From Styela clava (Eukaryota), in the NCBI RefSeq assembly GCF_964204865.1, contig NC_135251.1, positions 10,292,001-10,356,000 on the forward strand: DNA of 64,000 nt, in the 5' to 3' direction. A program made the position numbers and the translations under genes. Below, piece by piece: positions 13,681-25,937 of the stretch (positions are counted from its first letter, which is position 1; each line of letters opens with the position of its first letter). The notes beneath the pieces were generated by a model. The model saw only the letters and a list, made by a program, of their open reading frames with translations. It made no database searches and was not told the DNA's origin.

Positions 13681-15642
13681 CTTTTAGTAACAATTAAAAT
13701 GGTGCTAGCGTCTTTTTTCTTCGCAAAAGTGATTCAACTAATGAACGCTTGTAATACTTACCTCTTTCAGCTGTGTTTGAAGGAATATTTCACCCATATT
13801 GTGAACCAATTTATATTCATTCATTAAATGTTGCTGGAAATAAGACCGTTAATTAAACAACCAAAAGCAGCGCGTGTCACAAGCAGCAACATTGTTAGAC
13901 GGATATTCACGTATGAACTGGAATGTAATCTACCTTATCAGGTTTGCATTTCATACAATTGATGAACAACGAGATTTACTTGTGAGGAGTATTAAGCATT
14001 TCCAATCAATAGTTTACAATCCAATCAATAGACAACAAAATTGTCTTAATTTTTGAAGTGTTTTTGTCTTGAAATATCAAAAAGAAAAAATATTAACCTG
14101 ATGATTAAGATTAAAAACCTTGAATTATTAGAAATTGTTTAAAGCCGTTTTGTTACGTAATTTATACGTCACAATTAAATATTTATTCGGGATAAACTGT
14201 AAAGCTAATTCACAACAATTTTTTGATAATGATTCGTAAACAAAGTTAAGCCACGTTGGCGCGATAATGTATTGATCAACAAGTATCAATATCAGCAGTA
14301 CCCTACTTAGCAAAAATAATATTTAAATTTGAAAAATCGATACGATTTAAGTAGGAGACATAAAAGAGGCAAAATGGCTACAGTGATATAGTGTTTGTTC
14401 ACAGGCTTATTTGATAGTAATGCATGCACACAACTGACTGGTACTAAGCAAAAGACCCAGTTTAGTCAATGTTTTGAATGTCTATGCCACCTGTTCCTAA
14501 CCGATGGGCATGTACCACTGCTGGGCCACAGAGACATATTTGGGTGGGCAACAACCTATCAAAAATTTCTATGGTTATTGAAAGATTTAGTTTCATTTAT
14601 AGTATAGGTTCCATGCAAATAAATAATTAGAGTGACTTTTAATTTGTATTCAATGCCTCGATGAAGTTCTTGTGTGGAAGTAGAAATGTCGGAATATTAC
14701 ACCGTTTTGCCAACACCAGTCCGGCTTTATATATTCTCAACATGAATATACCTGTTGACAATGATATACGTTGTACATTAGTTGCACTTTATTGTTCACT
14801 TACTCGTTGTGCATCGCCGAATCTCCTTCCTAGAGGAAACGCACCTCAATTAAAAACAATAGTCAATCAATTATCCGAAAGTGGTTCCCTTAAATAGTAT
14901 CGATCGATTGTAACGCGCGTTAAGATGCTCGTTTGATTAACTAAAGTTAATCTGTTAAAGATTAAATCAGGATTACAATTAACAAAAAGACGTTTGTCGC
15001 AAGAGGTTTAATAAAAGTTAATATTGATTCTGACTTTACGAAAAGCTGTTGATCTTGTTTACAATGAAAAATGCGGAAAGTAAGGCAGTCGTTTTTATGG
15101 TAAATGCAATGATGCAAAAAATTTCAACGCGTTATTTTTGGCCTAAACGTTAAAGTTTTTACACAATTTTTAAAAGATCAATTCAAGATATTGTTATAAC
15201 TGTAGATCCGTCGATAGAATATAAAAAATTGTAGAAATTTAGTATTACTTTCAAAATGGAAACTGTAATCATTTATAGTATATTTTTTATTCAATGGAAC
15301 ACTCGTATGCTAGGAAGTTGTATTTTGATTGTCCAAATTTTTAGTATATCTAGTATATTAAATATAAATAACGAAAGACTCGTATTTTAGCAAGTTGTCT
15401 TCAGTTCTTCAAATTTAAATACAAAAACTACCAGGAAGTGTTTCTTGCCTATTCTTACCGAAATCGAAAAATAGTGCTGGTTGTGATGAATTGGCCTTGG
15501 CTGTTCTTTCGCGATTCGATCGATGAAGTAAAACCAATATTGTCGGCCATATTAATAACTAAGACATTAAATATTTAGAATTACCTATCTATGCAAATAG
15601 TTAATATATTGCAGAGTTGAGTATTTAGTTTATAGAAAAATC

Positions 15643-15857
15643 GGTACTCCCGTAGTATATGTACCAGGTTAGGTTCAGGCCATAGTTTGGTTACGATTTT
15701 TCGTAAGCTTTCCGGTTGAACTGAGAATATTTTAGTTCTATTACAAGATCGGGGACTGTCTGTGTTAGCCAAGTGAATATACCCCCTGCCCATAGATTTC
15801 AGTACCTTTATACGACTTGATGTAAAGTAAGTGAACAAAATTAGTTATCTCCATACT
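15643..15857 (+). mobile_element. TTAGGG-bearing MITE, right end degenerate
   Basis: Shares ggtactcccgtagta..accaggttagg and gttagccaagtgaatata..cccctgcc with the other copies. Confidence 0.7.
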
Positions 15858-17415
15858 GTTTTATATGCTTCGAAATAGCCGAACAATCAAGGTCTTCATA
15901 ATATATGAGAGATAAACAAAATATTGTAGATCAATGTATAACTATCTTGAGTTGGGAAAATTGTTGAATTTTAATTCTTAACATTTTAAGACGAGGACGC
16001 TCAGAGAACGTTCATACCTAGTAGCATTGAAATCGAAAAATAAGTGAGTGTTTGTGCTATGTTCATCATAATGAATATGTAACATTTCCAGTTATTTCGC
16101 CTCCATTGATTTAGTAACCCCAATATTATTGGCCATAATAATAACCACGACCATTTTAATTATTTTGAATTAACCGGCAATACAAATAGGTAATATATTA
16201 CCAATGTTACCAAAGTCAAATTTTTGATTTCCCAATAGCAGTAAAGGTCAACCTCTATGAGCCACGAATAAAAAGCTTGGGAACCACTGGTCCATACTCC
16301 ATACAAACCTTTTTGCTATTGTATGCGTTAACGGATTATGAAACGAACAGTAACCTTTCAAATGATATTGATTATCACTTAATGGAATTGCAGTTTTCTT
16401 ATAACTTTTCAATGTGGCCTAATGATACAATACGTCCCTTGTGTGCTGCACAATATTGAGCCGACTCGTAGGAGGTTCACGATTTTATTAGCTTGATAGT
16501 GAATGACAGAATAAAATACAACAAACTGATACTTGGCAACCATTTGGCGTTGTTGGAACTTTTAGGTGGGGGGACAGAAATAGGAAAAATATTATGGTAA
16601 ATTATCTATTATTCTCGGTGTATCCTTTTGTATGAATGAAATAATTGTAATATGTACCAAGTATGCTTATAATGGAGTTATATTGAAGTAGTTTCACAAG
16701 TGGGAACCAGAGACAGGAATTTTTTAGTTCTCTTTGGAAATAATTGGGTAGAATGCAATTAAATAATTGACTTTCACGCACAGTGGTACACAGAGGAAGC
16801 AAATAAATTTCTATTCTTTCTCCAGGTATCTTGTTATTCTCATAGTATCTTGTTGTACAAACTTTGAAAATAAATAAATAGGGGTCATCAATTATGCTTA
16901 TAATTGATTAAAGTTAGAAGTAAAAATAATTGGTAATTGTCTCATTGAGTCATTTCATATAGACTTGATATTTAAATACTGTAGTTTGGCTTCATCATGT
17001 TTATATTCATGCCTTGAGCAAGAACAAATATGCTAGTACAAATAGAAAATCCATCTAGAAATATTTATTTGTATTTTATTGTAGCGGAACTATATAAGAA
17101 AAAAGTATTTTTATTTTATGAAGCATTTAATTGTTAGCAATATATATATCGAATAATTATTTGATTTGAATAATACGAATAATTGCCAGATACGGATTCT
17201 CGAAGTATAAAGTAGACAAGGAGAAATGACCTGCAGTTTTATACACATTCTCCAAATACTTCCCTTATCCGTATATTTGATTTGACTTACATTTATTTAG
17301 CACAAAATCGAAATCTTCTTTTTGCTCAAATAACAAACTAATTCTTAATCAAAACGCCTTTATTACAATCTTTTTTAAAGTAAATAGATACTATTATAAA
17401 CTCTATCTATCATTA

Positions 17416-20400
17416 ATGTATCTAAGTTCATTTGCGGGAGACAAAATATGCATCGAGGCAAACAAACTTTGGAAAAAACCTCAAGAAAAAAAGATAACGA
17501 ACATAAACCAACGAGAAGCGCAACACGTGCTTCCGAAGAGCGACGGCCGTGATATGACAAACGGGATAGACAAAGAAACTATATCGGATATATGTAAAGA
17601 ACGGTATTTTAGCCACAATCCAGATGCCATAATATCCAAAAATATTAACAAACATGATAGAACTTTACAAACAATAAAAGTCGAACTCGTTCCAATCGAA
17701 ATGTTCCATAAAATGTGTATTACAAAATCAAGTGAATCCTGTCCATCTGCCACAAGTAGTTTTGCAAATGAACGGAATTGTGAAAAGAGACAAAGTTGTA
17801 GCGAGAAAGGAAAATCAAACCCGAAGAGAATGGAATCGACAGGACAATGGGTTAAAAGCCAAACTGATTTTAATAATAATAATAACAAACATATTGATAA
17901 ATATATTTGGAGGCTGCCAAAGGAGAGAACCAGTGACGCCCAAGACAACCAACTTCCAAAAATAATAAAAGAACTATGTACCAAAAACTTTCCCTCTGAT
18001 TCTCAGGGCACTTACCTACACACACATAACAGAGTTGATGTGGTCCATAGGTCATTGCCAACACGTAACGAAATGCTATATAAACAGTCTCGCAAGTATT
18101 ACGCTGAAAGAACAAGATATATATCTTCTTTGCAACCTCGTGAAATAAATAGGTTTCGAGTCTTGGACAGACAACCCATTCACAATAAATATCCACTTAA
18201 CACTGTCTCTCAGTGCAGAGTAAACATTAATTCAAAACCAAAATTATTGAACGAATGTCGTAAGGATTATATTCAACAACCAATGAATCGAAGGATATAC
18301 GAAATTTCAAATGGACATCAACGACGAGCTATAAAAGCAAGATCAGCTTCTCCGGTAAGACTGAAGCGGTCAAATACATCAACAAAGTCTTTGTTCGATC
18401 CTTGGGTAACTCTTGGAATTTGTTTTTGTTTGGACAACGATTCTGATGATTCCGATAGCGAGGACGAAGAAACGGAAAATGCGCAAACGTCAAGAGCGAA
18501 GGGAACACAAAAGGCTCGAGACACTTCAAGCGATGACGACGGTAGGCAGAAAAACATGTAGCTAGCTTAGCATCGTGCTAAGCGTTAGGAATACGCTCGC
18601 CACCGCATCTCTAATTACCCTGCGTGGGGTTCGCAGTTTCGAATCCCATGCGGGGGCGGTTATGTGCGAGAGGATTGATGGACTCCTCGCCGCCGTAGGG
18701 TGGTTTACGTAACCGCTGGTCGGTTACGGCTTCCTCCACCATCAAGCCCATGCTTCCGAAAACAAATAACTGGCTGACTAATCCCATAACCGACCTGGAC
18801 TGGTGAACAGACGAGAGGCCGTGGTTCGCCATATTATCCCGGGATAAATATGTAAATCCTAATAGAGCTATAATAACAACCCTCGATTTTTTATAAGTTC
18901 CTGTTTGCCATTTCTCCGCTCTGACTTTGACATGCAGCCATGCCTATGACTTGCAACAGGAACAAGAATTGCTCCAGAATTTATGTTTTCCGTCTGTAAA
19001 ACGATAAATAATGATAGCTAATAATAACGCTAGTAATGATGGAATTAAATGAATATTTAGGTATATAATAGCAATGAAATAAGAATATTTTATCAACTAT
19101 TCTCTGTGAAACCAATATGCTATGTTTTCATATGAAGAACACGCGTTTCAATTCAATATAAACATGAGTGCATAAATTTTTCAATTATTACATAAGTCAG
19201 AGAATAGATAAATTTAATTTCTTCATTGTCGTAAGCAGTAGCCGTTTTATATTTATCTCACTATCTCTTGAAGCAAAATTCGAAAGTGTTGTCTCAAGAA
19301 CCTAATTATGAATAATTCCTTATAAATCTGACTTTCAGGTGGCAGCGACACAGACCTAGACGACGATATATCAGAGACAGACAGCAAACTGGGCGACAGT
19401 GTCGCTTCAACGCCAAGTGCTCAAAACGGCAGTGATGGCGGAGATGATTCTGATTCGGGTTCGGAAGAGTTTGACGGAGAAAGCTTTGCTAGGTTTGGGC
19501 TACTCACATCTAATTGCATTAGCACGCGTTAAAGCACAAAATTTTCTTACAGAACAGCTGAGCGAGACGGAGTTTTTACTGACAATCGACTTTTTTCCAA
19601 TGTTTAGTATATCATTTGCATTGGAGAAAACATTTAAAACTCATCTTTTGTTATGCCATGCGTAATTCTAAAAAGCAATTAATTAAAAACGCTGACTGAA
19701 AAATCACAAATTTGCTTTCAAGTTATAAATCGCGAAACCAAACCGCGAAACCGTTGAATCAAACCAAACCCGGAGATATCGGTATGGACGGTACGAAAAA
19801 TACTCTGTTTTAGACTTCGTGTCCATATCTGTGAGCTCTTGATTATACGACTCTCACGGCCTTTGTTTCGAACAAGTAGCATTGCAGGCAGTCTTTAATA
19901 TATATTTAGGGATTCAATAAAATCGTTGAGAAAACGGGAATTTTTCCAAAACATCCTGGGTGAATTAGCGGGAAAGAGATTTGATTACGAAATGTGAAAT
20001 CTGCAATGCCAACTCTTAAGATTCAATCGCTAAGACGCATAGCCTGGACATGCCCTCCATAAATTCTTACGCCTTCTCAGTACCATTTTTTGCTATTCTG
20101 CTATTCTTAAACGATTTACTGAAAACATTACTTTTCCTGGCTTGCTATGAATAATCTTTTCATCTAATGAGCGAATCGAGTTATATGAAACAGAGATTCT
20201 TTAAGAAATTGTTAGATATAAGTGGCCGCTATTATCTAACATTGTTCGGGGCAAATAAGACGATTAAGCGTCATATTAGGCTCTTGGCCTCATATTACGC
20301 TCTTGGCCCGTGTCATGATTTGTTCATTCTACGTTCTGCAGTTCAGCCTACGAGGAGGAGGTGATGGAAATAGAAGACACAATGCAAGGAATTGGAGGAT

Positions 20401-21746
20401 TCTATGACGATGACAACGATGATGATGGAGGAGATCGTGGAATCGGGGATGAACTGGGAAATGAGAGTCATGGAGATTCTGAGGATTTTTATTACGAAGG
20501 TTTGGGAGTCAAGACTTTACAATGCGAGACACTTTAAATACGTCGATCAAACCGCTATTATCATTATTGTGAACAAATATGAGAATATATGAGTATATAT
20601 AAATGATGATAAATAAACTTTGAAAATGAAATCTAAATGTGATTAAAAAGTGGAAACTTACTATGCTGGTCGGTTGATTCGCCAAAGCCATACTCACGGA
20701 CAACAACAGTAATACGAAGCTAAAGTGCCCGATCTTCTAACATACAATTAGAACTTGGAAAGTCCGATCGCGAAAACCAGCGCTTGCTCATAGCGGCTTT
20801 GGTTGTCCAGCAAGACCATGTCCAAACTTGTTTTCCCGCATTTGTGTACGTTCGATTTTTACTGATTGGAAGAAATTAACCTGACTAGGTTTGATAGAAA
20901 TTGGGAAGCAAAATGTCTACGAAATATCCCACCGCTAGATGGGGCCTTCCGGGTACAAAATTATTCTCTGAAATTTCCAATTTTGTTAATTCATAGGTTA
21001 GAACCTTGGGTGTCTCTGCTTGATAACCAGTTTTGGCCTAGTGGCTTCCCCAGTAATTCTGTTCAATTCTTTTTTATTTGTGTACGATTCGTTTTTTCAA
21101 CTGGTTGGGAAAAAATATACTTGGCTTGACTTATGTGAAACGTGTCAGTGTAATCGATGAAACTTGGATTCGTTACAACAAGAACAAGTTTCGTAATTTG
21201 CTTGCACATGATTGATAGTAAGCACTATTTCTCATTGACCAATTGTTGTTAAATATCTGCCCAATACTCATCTCCAGATGATAAAATTTAGATGACGATT
21301 GTAATAAAAATCCGGATACTCCCATAGTGTGTGTACCAGGTTAGGGTTAGGCCACAATTTTATTTCGATTTCCTTATTATAGTTCTATTGCGAGTTCGGG
21401 GACTGTCTGTGTTAGCCAAGTGAATATATCGCCTGCCCATAGGCTTCTGTTCATTCACATAACTTGATGTAAAGTAGGCGAACAAAATTAATTACCTCCA
21501 TATTGGTACACACACACCTGGAGTGCCCAAATCCGTGCATCTCATGGTCTGCTTTCTTCTCTTACATGTATCACTATTGTATATAATATGCCATATTATA
21601 GATAAGTTAAATCAACCTGAATATGGAATATTAATATTCTTTTAGATTCCGATGAAACGACAGCTCTTTATTACGGTTTAGACGATGTGGACACGATTGC
21701 TGAAGAAGACCAGTTCGATTTATATGAAATATATAACTACTTTTAA
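17416..21746 (+). CDS. Uncharacterised low-complexity protein (~512 aa): basic N-terminal region and very acidic Asp/Glu/Gly/Tyr-rich C-terminal region
   Basis: The 381-aa ORF has a phase-1 donor at 18541 (G|gtaggc). It joins in frame to exons 19339-19492, 20342-20499 and 21646-21746 (ends ...DLYEIYNYF-TAA), all GT-AG, 1539 nt in total. AATAAA lies ~40 nt after the stop. The true 5' end is uncertain. Confidence 0.7.
18559..18860 (+). mobile_element. tRNA-derived SINE (intron 1 of the acidic-tail gene)
   Basis: A-box-like tagcttagc..gctaagcg and B-box gtttcgaatccc; GC-rich body; degenerate second copy at ~22150-22275. Confidence 0.6.
21314..21528 (+). mobile_element. ~215-bp TTAGGG-bearing MITE with 6-bp TSD
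   Basis: Same family; internal ggttagggttagg; flanked by aaatcc on both sides. Confidence 0.75.
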
Positions 21747-21869
21747 ACATTTCTAATCGAATGTAAAATGAATTGATGTCATGTTGTAATAAATCCTAAT
21801 TTTGTAATATTGTGTACATTTTTGATTTATATATTTCCCCAATTTCTATTTTTCAGCACCCTGGGGACA

Positions 21870-22093
21870 GGGAAAATTTACGTTTTCTTTAAAGCCAAGT
21901 ACTTGTGCAAGAAAAATACGGTGTACTCTTACTCAGAAAAATATATAAAAAAAAATACAGAAATCAGTTTCAGTAGTACTGGTCATTCGAATCGTTTCGA
22001 AACGGGAAAAATTTACGTTTTCTTTAGAGCCAAGCACTTGTGCAAGAAAAATACGGTGTACTCTTACTCAGAAAAATATATAAAAAAAATACA
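21870..22093. repeat. Near-perfect ~90-bp direct duplication
   Basis: 21870-21959 and 22004-22093 both read gg(g)aaaatttacgttttcttta.agccaag.acttgtgcaagaaaaatacggtgtactcttactcagaaaaatatataaaaaaaa. Confidence 0.85.
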
Positions 22094-22854
22094 AAAATCA
22101 TGCAAAATGTTTGGAATAAATAAGCAGTTTTTGATTACTCCGAATTTCTCAGGTTCGAATGGAATCCACGCCGCATTAGGGTGGTTCAAATCAATCGCTG
22201 GTGCGTTACGGCTTATTCCACCATCAAGTCCATTAAATTGAAACAAATTACCAGTGGCATGACGAGTGGCCTGCACAACTCAAATGAACGAAAGGTCCGC
22301 AACCTAAAAAACAATTGTTCATGAGCCGCAAGTTATCATAATTGCCGTTATAACTTTTATTTTCGTAATATAGCGTGTAAACAGTGTTATTCGACACAAC
22401 CAGCTTCAATGAGATATGTTGCATGGCTGTAACGGTAGCATATCACCGTGTAGCTATCTTGGTCACTATGGTAACACACCGTCGCAAAAAGTCAGCCATT
22501 ACGCCCTGCAGTTGCATTATCGATACTTCCATTGCAACGGCCGGTTTCACAAATAAGTATGCTCGCCAAGTCTCTAAAACCCTCAAAATATTCATTCTGT
22601 GTGCTGTAAGCTGCGATACTCTCATGAAACACGTAAAAAAACTTAATTTCATAACAGAAATTCATGGATTAAACATAAAATATTAAATAACGAAAATGCG
22701 TCCTACCTTGACGGAAATCAAACCAAGAAGATAAAACGGCGTGTAAAAACACGGTCACTCGAGCAGAGGTGCTCGGAATCAAACATGAATAGCCAATTCT
22801 GACTCATTGGGCAATATATCAGTCAAAGCCATGACTCTGACTCTACAAAGTTCT

Positions 22855-22955
22855 GGGACCTCCTGGAGTATGCGCACCTGAACTTGAACTCAGGTTGTGT
22901 ACCAGATCAGGGTTCAGGTTGTGCGACATCTTGGTGCGTATACTTCAGGAGTACC
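22855..22955. mobile_element. ~100-bp palindromic MITE related to the TTAGGG family
   Basis: Inverted termini ctcctggagtatgcgcacc / ggtgcgtatacttcaggag; flanking direct repeat aagttct. Confidence 0.7.
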
Positions 22956-24812
22956 AAGTTCTGTATACGCCACCAAAACAACGTTTAAATTCCATCTCCT
23001 ATAACTTTCTCAATTAAACAGTAATATTCCTAATTACTCTCATCACGAGTTCAAGTGGAGATAAGCTAAGGATCAGGCGTCACAGTTAATTCCCAGATAT
23101 CAGGTGAACAAGCTTAATGACATGTGTGTTGTAGATTACCAGTGATGAAACCCTATTTTCAGTCCCGTTGCTAAACAAGCTAACACATGTTTATTCTGTA
23201 GTTTTTTGGGTTTTTTTTGGTGGTGGGTTTCATGCAGTAGTGCAGTATTCCGAACCTTTTTCCAAGTGACAGGAAATATTTAAAATATCTAAAATCCAAG
23301 GATATACTGAAATACTGGACGGTATGTAATGCATCCCTTACATGGTCACAAAATTAATTAACTAATACAAAAAAAATGTTGTTACATAAAATTTATTTCC
23401 CCAAAATTTAACTCAACGAAAAAGCTGCGCTTATTTGCCATAAACGAGTTTTGAAATCGTGGTGTCGCTAACTTAATAAAGTAACTATAGTAGTAACTAT
23501 AGTAACTATAAATTCCTGTTAAAAAAACAAGCGTCCCAATGAAATTTTCAGGCGGCCCATTTTTGGGTTTCGACCCATGGGATGGGAAAAACTGCAGTAA
23601 TGCGAACCGTTCTCAAAATGTGGCGATAATCAGCGAACCCGTTCTTGGTTTTATTTTAGACGCCAGACGACCGCAGAGAATAATTAACGTCCACCGCAGC
23701 TGAGGACTGGCGTTATACTAGCCGGTTATAAATTAGATATATGTAAAACGTGTAATTCTAATGTAGTTTGCGTAGTGACATATATAAAGTTTCTGAAATC
23801 AGCAAAATCCATTGTTACTGAGGTCAAAATAAAAGTGAAGCTGTTTTTAACGATTTGAATCCCTAATCACTGGTTTAATTGCTATCTGTCAAAATCCTTC
23901 TAAGAACAAAAATTTATTTCATATCTTATCGCTCATCAAGCTCTTTAGACTTGGTCACGCGCACCTTCACTGATTCAAAGCATGCAATGCGTTTTGGGAA
24001 AAGATAAATTATTTTCGTATGGATTTACCACACGGTATCTCCGAACTGTATATGCAGCCACTGTTATGCATGGGGGGAATGTTCTTGGAAAAATCGGAAC
24101 CTTTCAAACCAGACATCGCATATCCAATCTATTACACAGTGGTTTGCCGCTACGCCTGTTTTGTACCGATTCTTGCAACCCACACATCTAACTGAGATAT
24201 CGTGACTTGAGCGATGAATTCACGGCGCATTGAACAAGATATTGATTTGGATATTGTTGTGACATAAATCTCGGTTCTTGGTGATGAAAACAGCATCGGC
24301 GATGCGTTATACATGAGCGTCAGATTTATCAAAAACTCTGAAGAGACCCTTATATAATTATCAGTGTTCAAGGAAGTATGATCTTGACCTGTAAAGAGCC
24401 CTGTCTCAGTCTACGTGTGGAAATGCCTAATGTGAAAAAAATATCAAAAATAATCATGTTTTCGAGAATATGACACCGCAACCTTCGCGACTTCGCCTGA
24501 CCACCAGATCGCGAACGCGTAACCACCACAAGGTGCGAATTTTGAATTAATTTTAATGACGTCATCGCTCATAAGGAACAAATTCCTTAAAGCCAACAAT
24601 AATTTTTAAAATAAGTGATAGCCTTCTAGCAAAAATAAAAGCTTCGGTCCAGTAGATGATATTCATGTTCACATCGCGCCCAACAAAGACCTAATTATTA
24701 TTACTAAGTGGAACTTGTGCATCACCAAATAAATATTTGGCAACTTACACTATCTATAATCCAATCAAAAGGTTATTTCGTTGAATTGTATTGACATATT
24801 ATATATTCAAAT

Positions 24813-25937
24813 CTAACAGTTAAACAAACATTTAAAAATTAATTTCCAATCCTTTAACATAAAAAATATAGCAAAATTATTCACAAATGCGTTCAGTTCA
24901 AAGACCATTCCATAAACGTAGTTTTCTATTAAGAGATCTGGATCATCAGGATGATTTTTGAAAAATATGAAAAAGATGCAAATAAAAATATCTGATGCAA
25001 CGCAAATTGTAGACAAAATCGCAGCTTTCTTGAGTACTGAAATAATTGATCTCGGCGGTTTCAGACTTTGTTTGCGTTGCTGTTGTATAGTCCCGTGTTC
25101 ACTTGTCGGGCGCGCGATTATGTCCTCCGATGATGAAGAACTTCTGCGGATTTCCACTATGTTTTCCACTGTTCTTGTTTGAAATATTGTTGCAATATTT
25201 TCTTTGACTTGTGGGCATGATCTCTGCTTTAACATCTGTCGCCAAAGAGGGAATATAAACAGAAATAGAAGGATTCCTTGACTTGCTGACGATATGATAA
25301 TTTGTACTGCATATATCACTCCAAGTAATGAATTTTTGCTCGCGTCTTCAACGCACTTGCCATTTATAGACACTGTCTTTGTTAATGTATACACTGTACA
25401 TAAACTGTATACATTGCTGATTACAATTAAAGACAAACACACAAAGCTTAATTTGTGAAAACAATTTGGAACTAGCCTTTGCATGTTAGGTTTTGAGTAG
25501 AGCATGTATTGTCGAAACCACAAGGTGAAATAACAGATAAAAATATTGATGACGTATAATGACGCATTTGTAAAAATCATGGCGGAACATACGAAGTCAT
25601 TTGTCGTCACAAACATCGTAAGCAACATGGATTGCATTGTTCCACATCTCATCACAGTTAAAAACATTGTACAAAATATCAGAACGTAAAACACTAATGT
25701 TTTTCGTCGCTTTCCGCGGAAGAAATTTCTTTTATTTAAACCATACTTTATCATGGCAATGAAAGCTATGAATGTGAGAACAAACACACACACATAAATT
25801 GATTGACATATAATCCACTGTGCGGTTTTATAAGGATGAATTTTGTGTTCGCTTGAATTTGATGCATGCTGATAATGATCAGAACTGTTCATAAGCGTCG
25901 CAGTATTTCCATCTCTTTGAATGACAATTGAATTCAT
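24813..25937 (-). CDS. Orphan 7TM GPCR-like protein (374 aa), uninterrupted ORF
   Basis: Seven hydrophobic segments; N-terminal NxS/T sites; Cys at the top of TM3 (DFVC) and in ECL2 (NGKCV); YFTLWFRQYMLYS at the TM3 end; C-terminal NNFAIFFMLKDWK shared with three paralogs. Confidence 0.85.
   Translation of the reverse strand: MNSIVIQRDGNTATLMNSSDHYQHASNSSEHKIHPYKTAQWIICQSIYVCVFVLTFIAFIAMIKYGLNKRNFFRGKRRKTLVFYVLIFCTMFLTVMRCGTMQSMLLTMFVTTNDFVCSAMIFTNASLYVINIFICYFTLWFRQYMLYSKPNMQRLVPNCFHKLSFVCLSLIVISNVYSLCTVYTLTKTVSINGKCVEDASKNSLLGVIYAVQIIISSASQGILLFLFIFPLWRQMLKQRSCPQVKENIATIFQTRTVENIVEIRRSSSSSEDIIARPTSEHGTIQQQRKQSLKPPRSIISVLKKAAILSTICVASDIFICIFFIFFKNHPDDPDLLIENYVYGMVFELNAFVNNFAIFFMLKDWKLIFKCLFNC

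Noticed and set aside
17428-18557. Antisense and alternate-frame ORFs over the 381-aa ORF (also those over the GPCR and lectin genes)
   Set aside because: Shadow ORFs of real coding sequence with no independent support.
18559-18660. tRNA gene
   Set aside because: A/B-box-like motifs are present but no cloverleaf; the sequence continues into a repeat body with a second copy, so it is a SINE.
21810-22241. 143-aa ORF with an internal repeat
   Set aside because: Arises from the 90-bp duplication plus a SINE fragment, with a non-ATG start.
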